A stretch of 63,682 bases of DNA, the filler included, from Octopus bimaculoides (lineage: Eukaryota): NCBI RefSeq assembly GCF_001194135.2. It is 5 parts of 5 records of this genome, joined end to end, with 100 filler letters (N's around TTAATTAATTAA, not from the genome) between each part and the next. Parts side by side here need not be neighbours in the genome. Positions count along the whole stretch, not along the records: positions 51,009 to 55,821 come from NC_068982.1; positions 55,922 to 58,088 come from NW_026313183.1; positions 58,189 to 63,682 come from NC_068997.1; 2 more parts are not named here. The stretch is one strand, 5' to 3'. Under the pieces are notes generated by a model. That model ran no database searches. It saw only the letters and a list, made by a program, of their open reading frames with translations, and was not told the origin of the DNA. Every line of letters starts with the position of its first letter. The stretch's first letter is position 1. Shown here piece by piece: positions 52,590 to 63,682 of the stretch. The translations under genes and the position numbers were made by a program.

Positions 52590-53075
52590 TCATAATAAAA
52601 AGGAATACTGGTGGAATGTTCCAGTGGAGACCTCAATAGAATGTTTGCACAACAGATCTGAGATAATGATTTGGGGTAGAGAAGAGAAACTGTGTGCAGT
52701 TGTGGAAATTAGCTGCCCAGAGGATGTTAACATAAAGGTGAAGATCAGTGAAAAAGAGAACACCCATGCTGAACTATTGAGAAATCTGCAGTTACTCTAT
52801 CCAGATTACAAGTTCAGGTTTATACCTGTAATTATTGGGGCCCTGAGATATGTAACACACTGTTTAAATACCACCCTTGAGAAATTAGGCTTCTGAAGAC
52901 CAGATAGAAGAAAGTTGATTCGAAGACTACAGATCCAATCCATCACTGGAACTGTAAAAATCTGTACAACTTTGCATAAATTTATCATTTAAGTATATAT
53001 GAGCATGTCTAGATATGTAGCTATATGCATGAAAATACATACATAAAAGAAGACATACAAATCTGCACACACATA
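52590..53075 (+). mobile_element. RLE-type LINE 3' fragment (further family), adjacent to (CATA)n
   Basis: EYWWNVPVETSIECLHNRSEIMIWGREEKLCAVVEISCPEDVNIKVKISEKENTHAELLRNLQLLYPDYKFRFIPVIIGALRYV... shows a degenerate HNRPD...E.SCP.D.N...K..EK..Y RLE motif. Confidence 0.85.
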
Positions 53076-53155
53076 CATACGTGCGTGCATACACATATAC
53101 ATACAGACAGACATACATACATACAGACAGACAGATAGATACCTANNNNNNNNNN

Positions 53156-53302
53156 CTTTCAGTTTCCGTTTTCCAAATCCACTAAGAAGGTTTTGGTTGG
53201 CACGAGACTATGGCAGAAGACACTTGCCTAAGCTACCCCTAAGTGGGACTGAATTTGGAGAACCATTTGGTTGGTAAGCAAGCTACTTACTACACAGCCA
53301 CG
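53156..53302 (-). mobile_element. SINE family 1 head
   Basis: ctttcagtttccgttttccaaatccac...gacacttgcctaag...gtgggactgaa...gtaagcaagctacttactacacagccac. Confidence 0.85.
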
Positions 53303-54414
53303 AATGTATGAATTATATTTGTATAAGTTGTTATATTATTACATAATTTTACGAAATAATCTTATTCTTACAGCTGTTTCAACATACCCTGCAAATTGCA
53401 GATATTACAACGCACATGATGCAATTAGGTGTAAACTTTATAATATGTCTCTAAAGTAGATAAATAAACATCACATCAATATACATGAGCCATGATACAT
53501 CTGTCACTTCATTCCTCAAACAAAGTACATCGTCCTCAGAATAGATGGCTAAATGCATTAGTTGCCCACATCCCGGGGATCGGGGATGACGTATCATAAA
53601 TATATATGAGCATGAAATCCGCGGGCGCGAAACCGGATGAAGCCGATTGCTGGTGAAATAACATCATGCACAGAGATTGTTGGCATTTTGCATAGGCAAT
53701 GATCAGTGATGACCTTAATTGGTCATGGGTGGACAGCCATCATTGCCATCATGCATGATGGATGTATGTATGTGTGTATGTATGTATACATGCATGTATG
53801 TATGTATGTATGTAAGTGTATGTATGTATGCTTGCTATAGGTTCTCCGTCGACCAAATTCACTTCCAAAGGCATTGATCACTTTGCGTCCATTGTCGAAG
53901 GCACTCGCTCGCGGTGCCGCGCTGCCTGACCAAACCTGAAGCCATGCAGCATCTAAGCTGTGGATGTAAATGAAAAGTGAATATGTTTTGTTTCCTCCAT
54001 TGTTTCGCCGTGGCCCTTATTGGTTTCATTGTTTATTAAAAACAACAACAGCAACAACAACAACATTACCATTTAGCTACGATATGCAAATGAGATGGCA
54101 CCAAGCCAAAAGCAATATGGCTAAATGGTGTTCAATTGACAATTTTATTATCCAATTATTTTTTCAAATTCCTCGCCCTCATCTTCTTTTGATGCGATGG
54201 CGTTCTTTAAAATTCATTTTGTTATAACGTAGGTTTTTCTTTTTGTTATTTTACTATATATAATATATACAATCATACACACATACATACAAACATACAT
54301 ATGTATGCGTATGTTGTATTCTATCTTATTTTATGAAACAATTTAATTACAAAATTCTATTATTATTTCAACTACCACAATCATTATTAATATTTATTAT
54401 TATTATTATTATTA

Positions 54415-54450
<36 letters not shown>

Positions 54451-54715
54451 GTAGTAGTAGTAGTAGTAGTAGTAGTATTGCTACATTCATCATCATCATC
54501 ATCGTCGTCGTCGTCGACATCCTCCACTCATTCATTTAATCTTGTTCATATTGTTGTTTTCTTGGGCGGTGTGGTGGTGGTGGTGGTGGGTGGTGGGAGA
54601 TGCAATCAAATTACAAAAGAGTGGTAGAATGCTAAGAATGTTGCAAAGAGTAGTCGGATAGGCAGCTTGAAGAATTTCAATATTGAAAATAATAATAACA
54701 ACAATGATGATGATG

Positions 54716-54788
<73 letters not shown>

Positions 54789-55414
54789 TTATGATGATGA
54801 TGATGATGATGATGATAATTAAAAATCATAACAAAACTGAAAAGAACGAGATCAGCAAGAAAAACTGAAGAGAAAATGGGTTAAAAACGTCTCAAATATT
54901 TTACCATAAATTTAATGTTTATTTATTGTTGTTGTTGCTATAGCTGTTGTTACTGTTATATACGTTCTTATCATACAAGCTTTGGCTCTTCTTAATACCA
55001 CTTCACCATAATTTCAATTTTATTATATTGCGAATATATTGCGAATATATATACATATATATATAATATATATACATAAAGATATCAGCATGNNNNNNNN
55101 NNTATATATGTATGTATGTATGTATGTATATTATAGGTATACACACATGCACATGCCAAGACTGACAATATAACCCTCGGCTCATCAACAAAGTCCTAAT
55201 CCTTATGTTCTAATTGTTTGATGTGTCGACCTCTTTAGCAGTAAAATAAAAAATAAATATATTAAAATAAGAGATTTGTTGATGTTTGGGAGATTGAACA
55301 GCAAAGATATTTTAGGGAAAAACCACACAATGCAAAAATGTAAATTACGCAACGTTAAAAGAGAAATAACTTTGTATTGCGACGATCATTTTTACAGAAG
55401 CAAAAACTGGAGAA

Positions 55415-55495
55415 GCAGCCGGAAGTAAAGAAGCGGAAGTGAGAATATGCGCGATGCATAATATATTAATGAGCGAAAGTGACGTAACCAATGTG
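55415..55495. promoter_or_regulatory. Candidate promoter/enhancer: tandem ETS sites, CRE-like site and CCAAT box
   Basis: CCGGAAGT 55419-55426, GCGGAAGTG 55433-55441, TGACGTAA 55480-55487, CCAAT 55488-55492, in locally CpG-rich non-repeat DNA. Motif inference only. Confidence 0.3.
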
Positions 55496-56839
55496 AAATG
55501 GGTTCCCTCATTCTGTTTACAAGGGGCTTAGTTTGTATTGTTGAACACACACGCCATGGATTTTCATGCTAGAGTTGCTGTCGTAGTCGCTAAGGAAGAC
55601 GACGATAATGATATTAAAAACAACATCAACAACAACAATAACAACAACAACAACAAAAATAATAATGATTTAATTTATTTGCCACAGGGCGAAGGATGAG
55701 GGTGACATGCAAAGTGTGGAGGGTTACATATAATAATGAAATTATAAAAACGAACCTTATGAGTGGATATATATATAAAAGCACGTAAAAAGCACGTGTA
55801 TATGTATATTATTAATATATANNNNNNNNNNNNNNNNNNNNNNNNNNNNNNNNNNNNNNNNNNNNTTAATTAATTAANNNNNNNNNNNNNNNNNNNNNNN
55901 NNNNNNNNNNNNNNNNNNNNNCCTCTCTCTCTCCTCCCTCTCTCTCTCTATTTCTGGTTCTGTATCACAATTTCAAATTAGGAGCTAAGGAAATGTAGAT
56001 AAAACGGTCAAGAATGCTTTCCTAGAGACGCAGACATCAAAAAATCACGTCACTTCGTTCGGCCTACTGAACATTTTGGGTCAACGATCTCAATGAAATA
56101 ATCTCGGGTTCGAATCACTCAATGGAATACAATTTGGGATATGAATGTATGCCTGCACACATGCCACGCATACATGCACAAACCCCGCACACACTGCTAC
56201 ACAAACTAAATATTACAGCAACTTGTTTATTCTGCATAGTTGCCTCCATGTCTGCTCAACTTGATCCTTCTTATAGCCATATTTTACCCCGTGGAATTGG
56301 TCCCTCGTAAAGACATCGAAATCTAAGCGCTGCTAAGTGTTTTCTATACTCAAAATCTCTAAATCTAATCTGTGGACTATCTATCTATCTATTTATTTAT
56401 CTCTCTCTTTTTCCCTCTCTCTCTATGTATATATATATATATATATGTATGCATGTATGTATGTATGTATGTATGTATGGATGTATGTATGTATGCATGT
56501 ATGTATGTATGCATGTATGTATGCATATATATATATATNNNNNNNNNNNNNNNNNNNNNNNNNNNNNNNNNNNNNNNNNNNNNNNNNNNTATACTCCAAG
56601 AGATTTAGGGGTTGAGAATCCAACCCGCTAAGGGATAGTATCTATCCAATATACTGCTGGGAGGGTGCACAGTTATTATTACACTAGTGTTTTGACCAAG
56701 TGCAATAAGTGGGTGCGGATAAAAGGAGGTTTTACCCTAAATTTATATAGCAATAAGAAGATGGAGGGGAATATGAGGTACTCATCAACTTGCAGACATT
56801 GTACTCTGTTAATTAATCCGTTTATTTTTCAACCAAAAG

Positions 56840-56947
56840 GACAATAAAGACAATATAACAAACACATATGACATACTGTCATATCAACAATTGACAATAA
56901 AGGCAATATAACAAACACATATGACACACTACGTCATATCAACAATT
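56840..56947 (+). repeat. Two-copy ~54-bp tandem duplication
   Basis: gacaataaag(a/g)caatataacaaacacatatgaca...gtcatatcaacaatt occurs twice. Confidence 0.9.
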
Positions 56948-57157
56948 AAAAGCTAATTCAAAAACTACAGATCCAGTCCGTCACTTGAACTATAAAAAAA
57001 AGTCTATTTAACTTTCCAGAAGTTCATTTTTTAATCATATATGTGCATATCTAAATATGCAACTATATGCATGAGAATACATACAGAAAGCAAAACATAC
57101 AGATCTGCACAAATGCATACAAACAAAAATACTCTGTTGTTGATGTTGAAATTCCAT
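56948..57157 (+). mobile_element. Older 3' end of the same RLE family as 52590-53075
   Basis: actacagatccagtccgtcacttgaact... and tatatgcatgagaatacatacagaaagcaaaacatacagatctgcaca match ~52925-53070. Confidence 0.8.
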
Positions 57158-57409
57158 TCGGCTGCTTTTGATAATTTTATTTTACATTTTATGATATTTA
57201 TTTTCTTCCTTTATTTCCGTTTATTCATGTCATTCAGTTTCCAAAATAAAAACAAGAAAAGTTCCGAAGACAGACTATCTCTAATCCCTTCTTCCGTTTA
57301 TTTAACTCCAGGATTTTAATAAAGTTATAAGGGACATCATCCGACAATAATCTAAACTTGGTAGACCACTTTGATCTCTTCTTGTATCCACAATCAAATT
57401 TTTCCAGAC

Positions 57410-57670
57410 AGAAAGAGAAAAAGAGAGACACAGAGAAAAAGAGAGACAGAGAGAAAAAGTGAGACAGAGAGAAAAAGTGAGACAGAGAGAAAAAGTGAGA
57501 CAGAGAGAAAAAGAGAGACAGAGAGAAAAAGAGAGACAGAGAGAAAAANNNNNNNNNNAAAAGAGAGACAGAGAGAAAAAGAGAGACAGAGAGAAAAAGA
57601 GAGACAGAGAGAAAAAGAGAGACAGAGAGAAAAAGAGAGACAGAGAGAAAAAGAGAGACAGAGAAAAAAG
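57410..57670 (+). repeat. 18-bp purine-rich minisatellite (agagagaaaaagagagac)n
   Basis: Directly visible, interrupted by a short gap. Confidence 0.92.
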
Positions 57671-58234
57671 AGAGAGAAAAGAATGAGATAATGATACGAA
57701 GAGAAAGGTAACTAGATTGATAGAGACGAGGAGAGAGTGTGGGGGATGGGAGTGAGATAGAGATAGATAGAGAGAGACAGACAGAGAGAGAGAGGGAGAG
57801 AAGGAAGAGAGAGACAGAGTTAGATAGAAGATTAACAAAATGGTCAACATATAGTTATGTGTCATTCTATCAAAAATGAACCAGCCATAATCAGCGCCAT
57901 ATTTATTAAAAGTACCAGGAGAAGAATCATATATATTTATGTAAACACACACACACATGTATATGTATGTATATAACATACATACATACATATATATATA
58001 TATAGACACACATAAACACACACACACCCGTACCTAAAACTCACAATCCCACACACACGCACATCCACACACATACACACACACGCACNNNNNNNNNNNN
58101 NNNNNNNNNNNNNNNNNNNNNNNNNNNNNNNNTTAATTAATTAANNNNNNNNNNNNNNNNNNNNNNNNNNNNNNNNNNNNNNNNNNNNATATACTCGTAC
58201 ATATGCACATACATTAACATATATATATTCATTT

Positions 58235-58640
58235 ATTTGTTTCAGTCATTTGACTGTGGCCATGCTAGAGCACCACTCTGTCAGTCCATTTTGCCGAACC
58301 ACTAAGTTACAGGGACATAAACACACCAGCATCGGTTGTCAAGCGATGGTGGGGGAGACAGACACAGAAACACACACATACACATATGACAGCGAGCTGG
58401 CAGAAATGTTAGCACGCCAGGCGAAATGCTTAGCGGTATTTCATCTGCCGCTACGTTCTGAGTTCATATTCCATCGAGGTCGATTAAATAAGTACCAGTT
58501 ACGCACTGAGGTCGACATAATTGACTTAATCCGTTTGTGTGTAGCCCCTTGTGGGTAGTAAAGAAATTACACACATATGTATATAACAGGCTTCTTTCAG
58601 TTTCCGTCTACCAAATCCACTCACAAGGCTCTGGTCTCCT
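58235..58640 (-). mobile_element. SINE family 1 with a nested SINE family 2 copy (+, 58388-58568)
   Basis: Family-1 tail 58235-58385, family-2 gacagcgagctggcagaaatgttagcacg...aagaaatt, then family 1 resumes at ggcttctttcagtttccgtctaccaaatccactcacaaggc. Confidence 0.88.
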
Positions 58641-58653
58641 GTACCTATATCTA

Positions 58654-58747
<94 letters not shown>

Positions 58748-59851
58748 TATATATATATACTCACATACATATGTATACATATCCTGATACACAAACACAC
58801 ACACACTCACACATATTTATGTATCTATTATAACTGTTCTATATCCTACCTTCAATGGATGACTGGAACAAACTTCCCACCCATGGCCAACCCTCATTGC
58901 CTTTCTATCATAATTAGCCTGATACCTTCATCAATTTAAGCAGTCTTCCCACCACACACACACATAGACACCTTCTCCTACTTGGTTAATGGTGGTATTC
59001 AACCCGCCCTCCCCTTTAACTGCCACCTCCTACACTACCCTCACAACAGTCGTTGACCTAATGGTTATAATTGAAACCACAGCCAATTAATACCACCACC
59101 ACCACCACTACTACTACTACTACTGGTTCTGTTCTTAGAATATTTTCTACCTTCACCAACTAACCTTTACCAAGCTAGTGGAGGTGGGTGGTGGTTTTCT
59201 GTGGTTGTCTGACCTGCTGGAAAAAATAGCTAATTTCTCCCTCAAAATGTCACATTGGATGGGACAAAGGTGGATTTTGAGTTTTGCGATGCTCTTATGA
59301 AATACACAAGGGAAAGAAAATAATGGGTTTGTGGCCCGGAATACCTTTAGTTGTAAGTAGTAGGTCTGTGTCTGTTTGATCTGGCTGACCTGGGGTTGAA
59401 GAGCAACAAAGTAAACAATAGACCTTAACCATTAGCCAACCACTTAAACCATCATCATCACCATCACTATTGCCAGCCATTAGTGCCGCAACCACTTTTA
59501 TAATTAAGCTACCTTCATTGCTTAATTAATTTTGCCACCTGCTCACCTTGCCATGATCACCACCATCACCACAAACAACAACATGGTCATTACTGAAGAT
59601 GATTATAACTAGCAAAGTCAATCTGGCTAATTAACACGCCCACCCCTACTCACACCCCACTCCCAGAACCACCATTATGTTGCTTCCTCCTCTCCCTTCC
59701 CCCTCATCTCATTCCTGTCTTTGATCTGGCAGTGGTGGTGGTGGTATTTGTTGTGGCCCCTTATTTCTATACCACTGGATCCCTCCACCCATTCTCTTGT
59801 CACCACTGTGTCCCCATCTTTTTCTGCTACACCCACAGCACTGCTATACCT

Positions 59852-60243
59852 CTTTTACTCTTTTACTTGTTTCAGTCATTTGACTGCAGCCATGCTGGAG
59901 CACCTCCTTTTAGTCGAGCAAATTGACCCCAGGACTTATTCTTTGGAAGCCTAGTACTGATTCTATCGGTCTCTTTTGCCGAACCGCTAAGTTGCGGGGA
60001 CATAAACGCACCAGCATCGGTTGTCAAGCGATGCTGGGGGGGGGGGGACAAACATATACACATACATACATATACACATATATATACGACGGGCTTCTTT
60101 CAGTTTCTGTCTACCAAATCCACTCATAGAAGGTTTTGGTCGGCCCGAGGCTATAGTAGAAGACACTTGCCCAAGGTGCCACGCAGTGGGACTGAACCCG
60201 GAACCATGTGGTTGGTAAGCAAGCTACTTACCACACAGCCACT
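59852..60243 (-). mobile_element. SINE family 1, full-length young copy
   Basis: Nearly identical along its length to 19010-19433. Confidence 0.93.
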
Positions 60244-61199
60244 ACTGTACCCTTTACTTTCACCATTGCTGCTACCATCAATATCATTACCATCTTAAAA
60301 ACCACCACCACCACCCTCCTCATCAGTGTTGTCATTACCACAACCATCATCACCACCACCATCACTACCATCATCATCATCATCATCACTATCATATCTA
60401 CCTACCTCTGTAGATATTAGTAGCACCATCACCACCGCCACCACACTCACCACTGCTATCCCTACATGAAACCACCCTGTTCCCTATCCCTTACCTACCT
60501 CATTCCACCAGCACCCTGCTGCCTCTGAGGGCTCATTTATGAGACCCTTACTTACCATTTTCTATTTCTGTTACATGGGATGATAGGAGAGGAGAGAGCG
60601 GGCGATGGTAGGGGTGTTTACCACTACCATGTTGTTCTTACTGTTCTAGCTCCCTTACACACACACACGCACACACACACATGTGGGACTATTGTAACTT
60701 ACACTGTTTCTGCTACTCTTACTACAACTCTCATACTTACTTAACACCTCCAGAGAAATAAAGGAAGGGTTTGAGGTATGCTTCTCTCTATCTCTCTCTC
60801 TCTCTCTCTCTCTCCTGCTACTCTCATCTCATGTAACTCTTAAATCTCTTCAATCTTCTCAGCATCCTTTGGCGCTCCCAGAATTGCTTAATCCACAAGT
60901 TGTTTTAAATATCTTTGGACACATTACACCCCACTCTCCTCCAATAACTCGCTCGGCCTCTACTACCACCACAACCACCACCACCAGCTCGACCACCATC
61001 GTTATCATCACCATCAACACCATCCCCACCACAACCACCTGTCTATTGACCATCATTTTCTACGTACACTTTTCCATGCTTGCATGGGTTTGAGGAGTCT
61101 TCTCTGACACAGTGAGCCCCCCCCCCCACACACACATACATGTACACGCCCACTTGTGCCATTCCTGGAATTTTATTCCTCCAGTTACTGTCCCCTCTT

Positions 61200-61410
61200 T
61201 TACTCTTTTTATTTTCTCCTTGTTTCAGTCACTGGACTGCAGCCATGCTGGAGCACTTGCCCTGCAGAGTTTATCCGAACAAATCGATCAACCCATTACT
61301 TATTTTCTTTAATCTCTGATGCTTATTCATTTTAGCAGTCTCTTTTCCCTTTCTATCAAATCGCTAAATTATGGGAGTGTAAACAAACCAACACTGCTTT
61401 TCAAACAGTG
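61200..61410 (-). mobile_element. SINE family 1, old 3' module
   Basis: cttgtttcagtcactggactgcagccatgctggagcac...aaatcgatc. Confidence 0.8.
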
Positions 61411-61701
61411 GTGGGGCACAAGCACACACACACACACATACACATGCACACATATTTACTCTCTGGGATCTTTACCAAGAATTAAGATTGTTCACATACT
61501 GGTGTCACACAACTGGCACCCGTGCCGGTGCCACATATAAGCACCCGTTATACACTCTGTAAAGTGGTTGGAAGAGCATCCGGCCATAGTCTGGTGCGGC
61601 CCCTCAGCTCGCCCGCTCTTGTCAAAAGAAACAAAAGACGAAGACAGGTGGTGTAGACAACAGACAGATGTATTAGTTTAACGCTCAAGAAGTGAGAAAG
61701 T

Positions 61702-61737
61702 CTTTTACGTTTCGAGCCTACGCTCTTCAGCAGAAAG
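61702..61737 (-). ncRNA. Degenerate minimal hammerhead-ribozyme-like motif in a Penelope-like terminal repeat
   Basis: Minus strand cttt-CTGCTGA-A-GAGC-GTAG-GCTC-GAAA-C-GTA-aaag: stem II GAGC/GCTC, stem I cttt/aaag, core CUGCUGA instead of CUGAUGA. Confidence 0.45.
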
Positions 61738-62062
61738 GAACACAGAAATAAACAGAGAGAGTGGCTAGCAATCTATCATGGCGTATATATGTATATGTGT
61801 GTGTGTGTGTATTTGATAATACACAGTATTTTGAGCAGCCCTGCAGTGAGTTTGACAATTTGACATTTTCGGTTTTTCAGCTGCTGGAACAATTATCAGA
61901 CTCACCACTGGGTTATTCCGAGTAAATTTGTTTAATTCTACATAATTTTATATTGAATACTTCTTTCACTTTCCTACCATGTTGCTTTGGGTTCAATCCC
62001 TTGAAGCACTTGGAACAAGCATCTTCTGCTATAGCCCCAGGCTATATATGTGTGTATGTATG

Positions 62063-62095
<33 letters not shown>

Positions 62096-62883
62096 NNNNN
62101 NNNNNNNNNNNNNNNNNNNNNNNNNNNNNNNNNNNNNNNNNNNNNNNNNNNNNNNNNNNNNNNNNNNNNNNNNNNNNNNNNNNNNNNNNNNNNNNNNNNN
62201 NNNNNNNNNNNNNNNNNNNNNNNNNNNNNNNNNNNNNNNNNNNNNNNNNNNNNNNNNNNNNNNNNNNNNNNNNNNNNNNNNNNNNNNNNNNNNNNNNNNN
62301 NNNNNNNNNNNNNNNNNNNNNNNNNNNNNNNNNNNNNNNNNNNNNNNNNNNNNNNNNNNNNNNNNNNNNNNNNNNNNNNNNNNNNNNNNNNNNNNNNNNN
62401 NNNNNNNNNNNNNNNNNNNNNNNNNNNNNNNNNGATGGCGGCGGAGACGACGGAGCTGATGAAGATCACAACAAGGATGGGAAGACAAAGAGGCAGGGGG
62501 AAGAGGAAGAGGAGGGGGCTGCTGCTGCTGCTGCTGATGCTACCACCACCACCACCACCACCACTACCACCACCACAGCCGCAGCAACCAGTACCACGAC
62601 AACCCCCACCGACACGACAGCAGCAGCATCATCAACAGCAACTACAACAGCGGCAGCAGAAGCAACTACTACAACAACAACAACAACAACAAGCACGACA
62701 GCTAACACTAACACATCCACTGCCACCACCACCACTACTAGTACTACTACTACGACTACTTCTGCCAGTAAGGAGGTGGTGAACATAAATGGCACAGTTG
62801 GCACAGTGGCACAAGAGGACAGCAGCAGCAAAGATGGTTCAAAGATGGTCACACAACCAACTGGTGTCGATAGTGAGTATTCC

Positions 62884-62920
<37 letters not shown>

Positions 62921-63648
62921 CATTATTATTATTGTTGTTATTATTATTATTGATTTGCTTCTTCAACTGTTTGTGTGTGTATAAGACCAACGTGTTTTGT
63001 GATTATAGTAATGTGCCTGATGAAATGGTCTGGTTATTTGTTTCTATTGTGTAATATACCAATAAGCATATAAATAACCATTCTATGGAAACATATGTAA
63101 CAATTAGATAATTCTCTCCATTTATATTCATTTAGTATTGTGTGAGTGTGTGTGCAAAGTGGATGTATGACTATGTGGTTAAAAAGTTTGTCTCCCAGCT
63201 ATGTGATTACAGGTTCAATACTACTGCATAATACTTTTGTCAAGTGTGTGTGTGTGTGTATGTATATATATGTATTAAAGAAAGTAAAAAATAAAACAAA
63301 AACGATAGTGTTCAGTATGTTGGCCACAGGAATTTCTGTCAAAGAGACATGGTTAAACAAAGTTGTACATCATCTCCCTCTTTCTCTCACATACCCACTC
63401 TTTCTCTTTTGTTATTACTCTCACTGCCACCTTCAACATTACTACCTTTAATAAAACATCATTAACTCTCCCTAAATTTCTTTGTCTCTCTTTCTCTCCC
63501 TCTCTTTTTCTTTACCACCACCCTCACCATCTCTATTCCTACTATTACTCTCACCCCATCATGCGGAATAGTGGAAGTGTCATTGAATAGTGATAGAGGC
63601 AGTCTAAGTGTGACACACTGACACACAGAAATTAGTTTTCCCGTTTAT

Positions 63649-63682
<34 letters not shown>

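Noticed and set aside
62434-62770. Thr/Ala/Asp-rich ORF resembling a mucin
   Set aside because: A compound trinucleotide microsatellite (ACC/GCA/ACA/CTA) open in several frames, with no splice context.
1-63682. Long ORFs in the six-frame track (poly-I, poly-N, poly-T, YIYI, CVCV, HTHT, X-rich)
   Set aside because: They are translations of microsatellites or N gaps, not genes.

Overview
Low-complexity, heavily gapped, AT-rich eukaryotic DNA, most likely intergenic or intronic. The repeat landscape (extreme TA/CA/TAA/CATA microsatellite density, abundant tRNA-derived SINEs, RLE-type LINE tails in TAA tracts) suggests an octopus genome. That is inference from recall, not a database result. No recognisable host protein-coding gene was found, and nearly all ORFs in the track are microsatellite or N-gap artefacts. 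Supportable content: three tRNA-derived SINE families in many copies; 5'-truncated non-LTR retrotransposons with restriction-like endonuclease (several R4/Dong-like subfamilies in (TAA)n, one HERO-like fragment, one further RLE family); at least six TA-flanked Tc1/mariner-type MITE candidates; Penelope-like terminal fragments with a degenerate hammerhead core; and four artificial 100-bp scaffold joins (N44-TTAATTAATTAA-N44). Most unusual: (1) a ~404-bp palindromic MITE whose inverted arms carry a tRNA-Met-like cloverleaf; (2) a ~600-bp segment (about 6785-7400) with mirror-image dinucleotide bias, as if written reversed without complementing; (3) a duplicated tandem stack of R4/Dong tails; (4) a decayed 18-bp-period array. 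All coordinates and counts were done by hand and may be off by a few bases.
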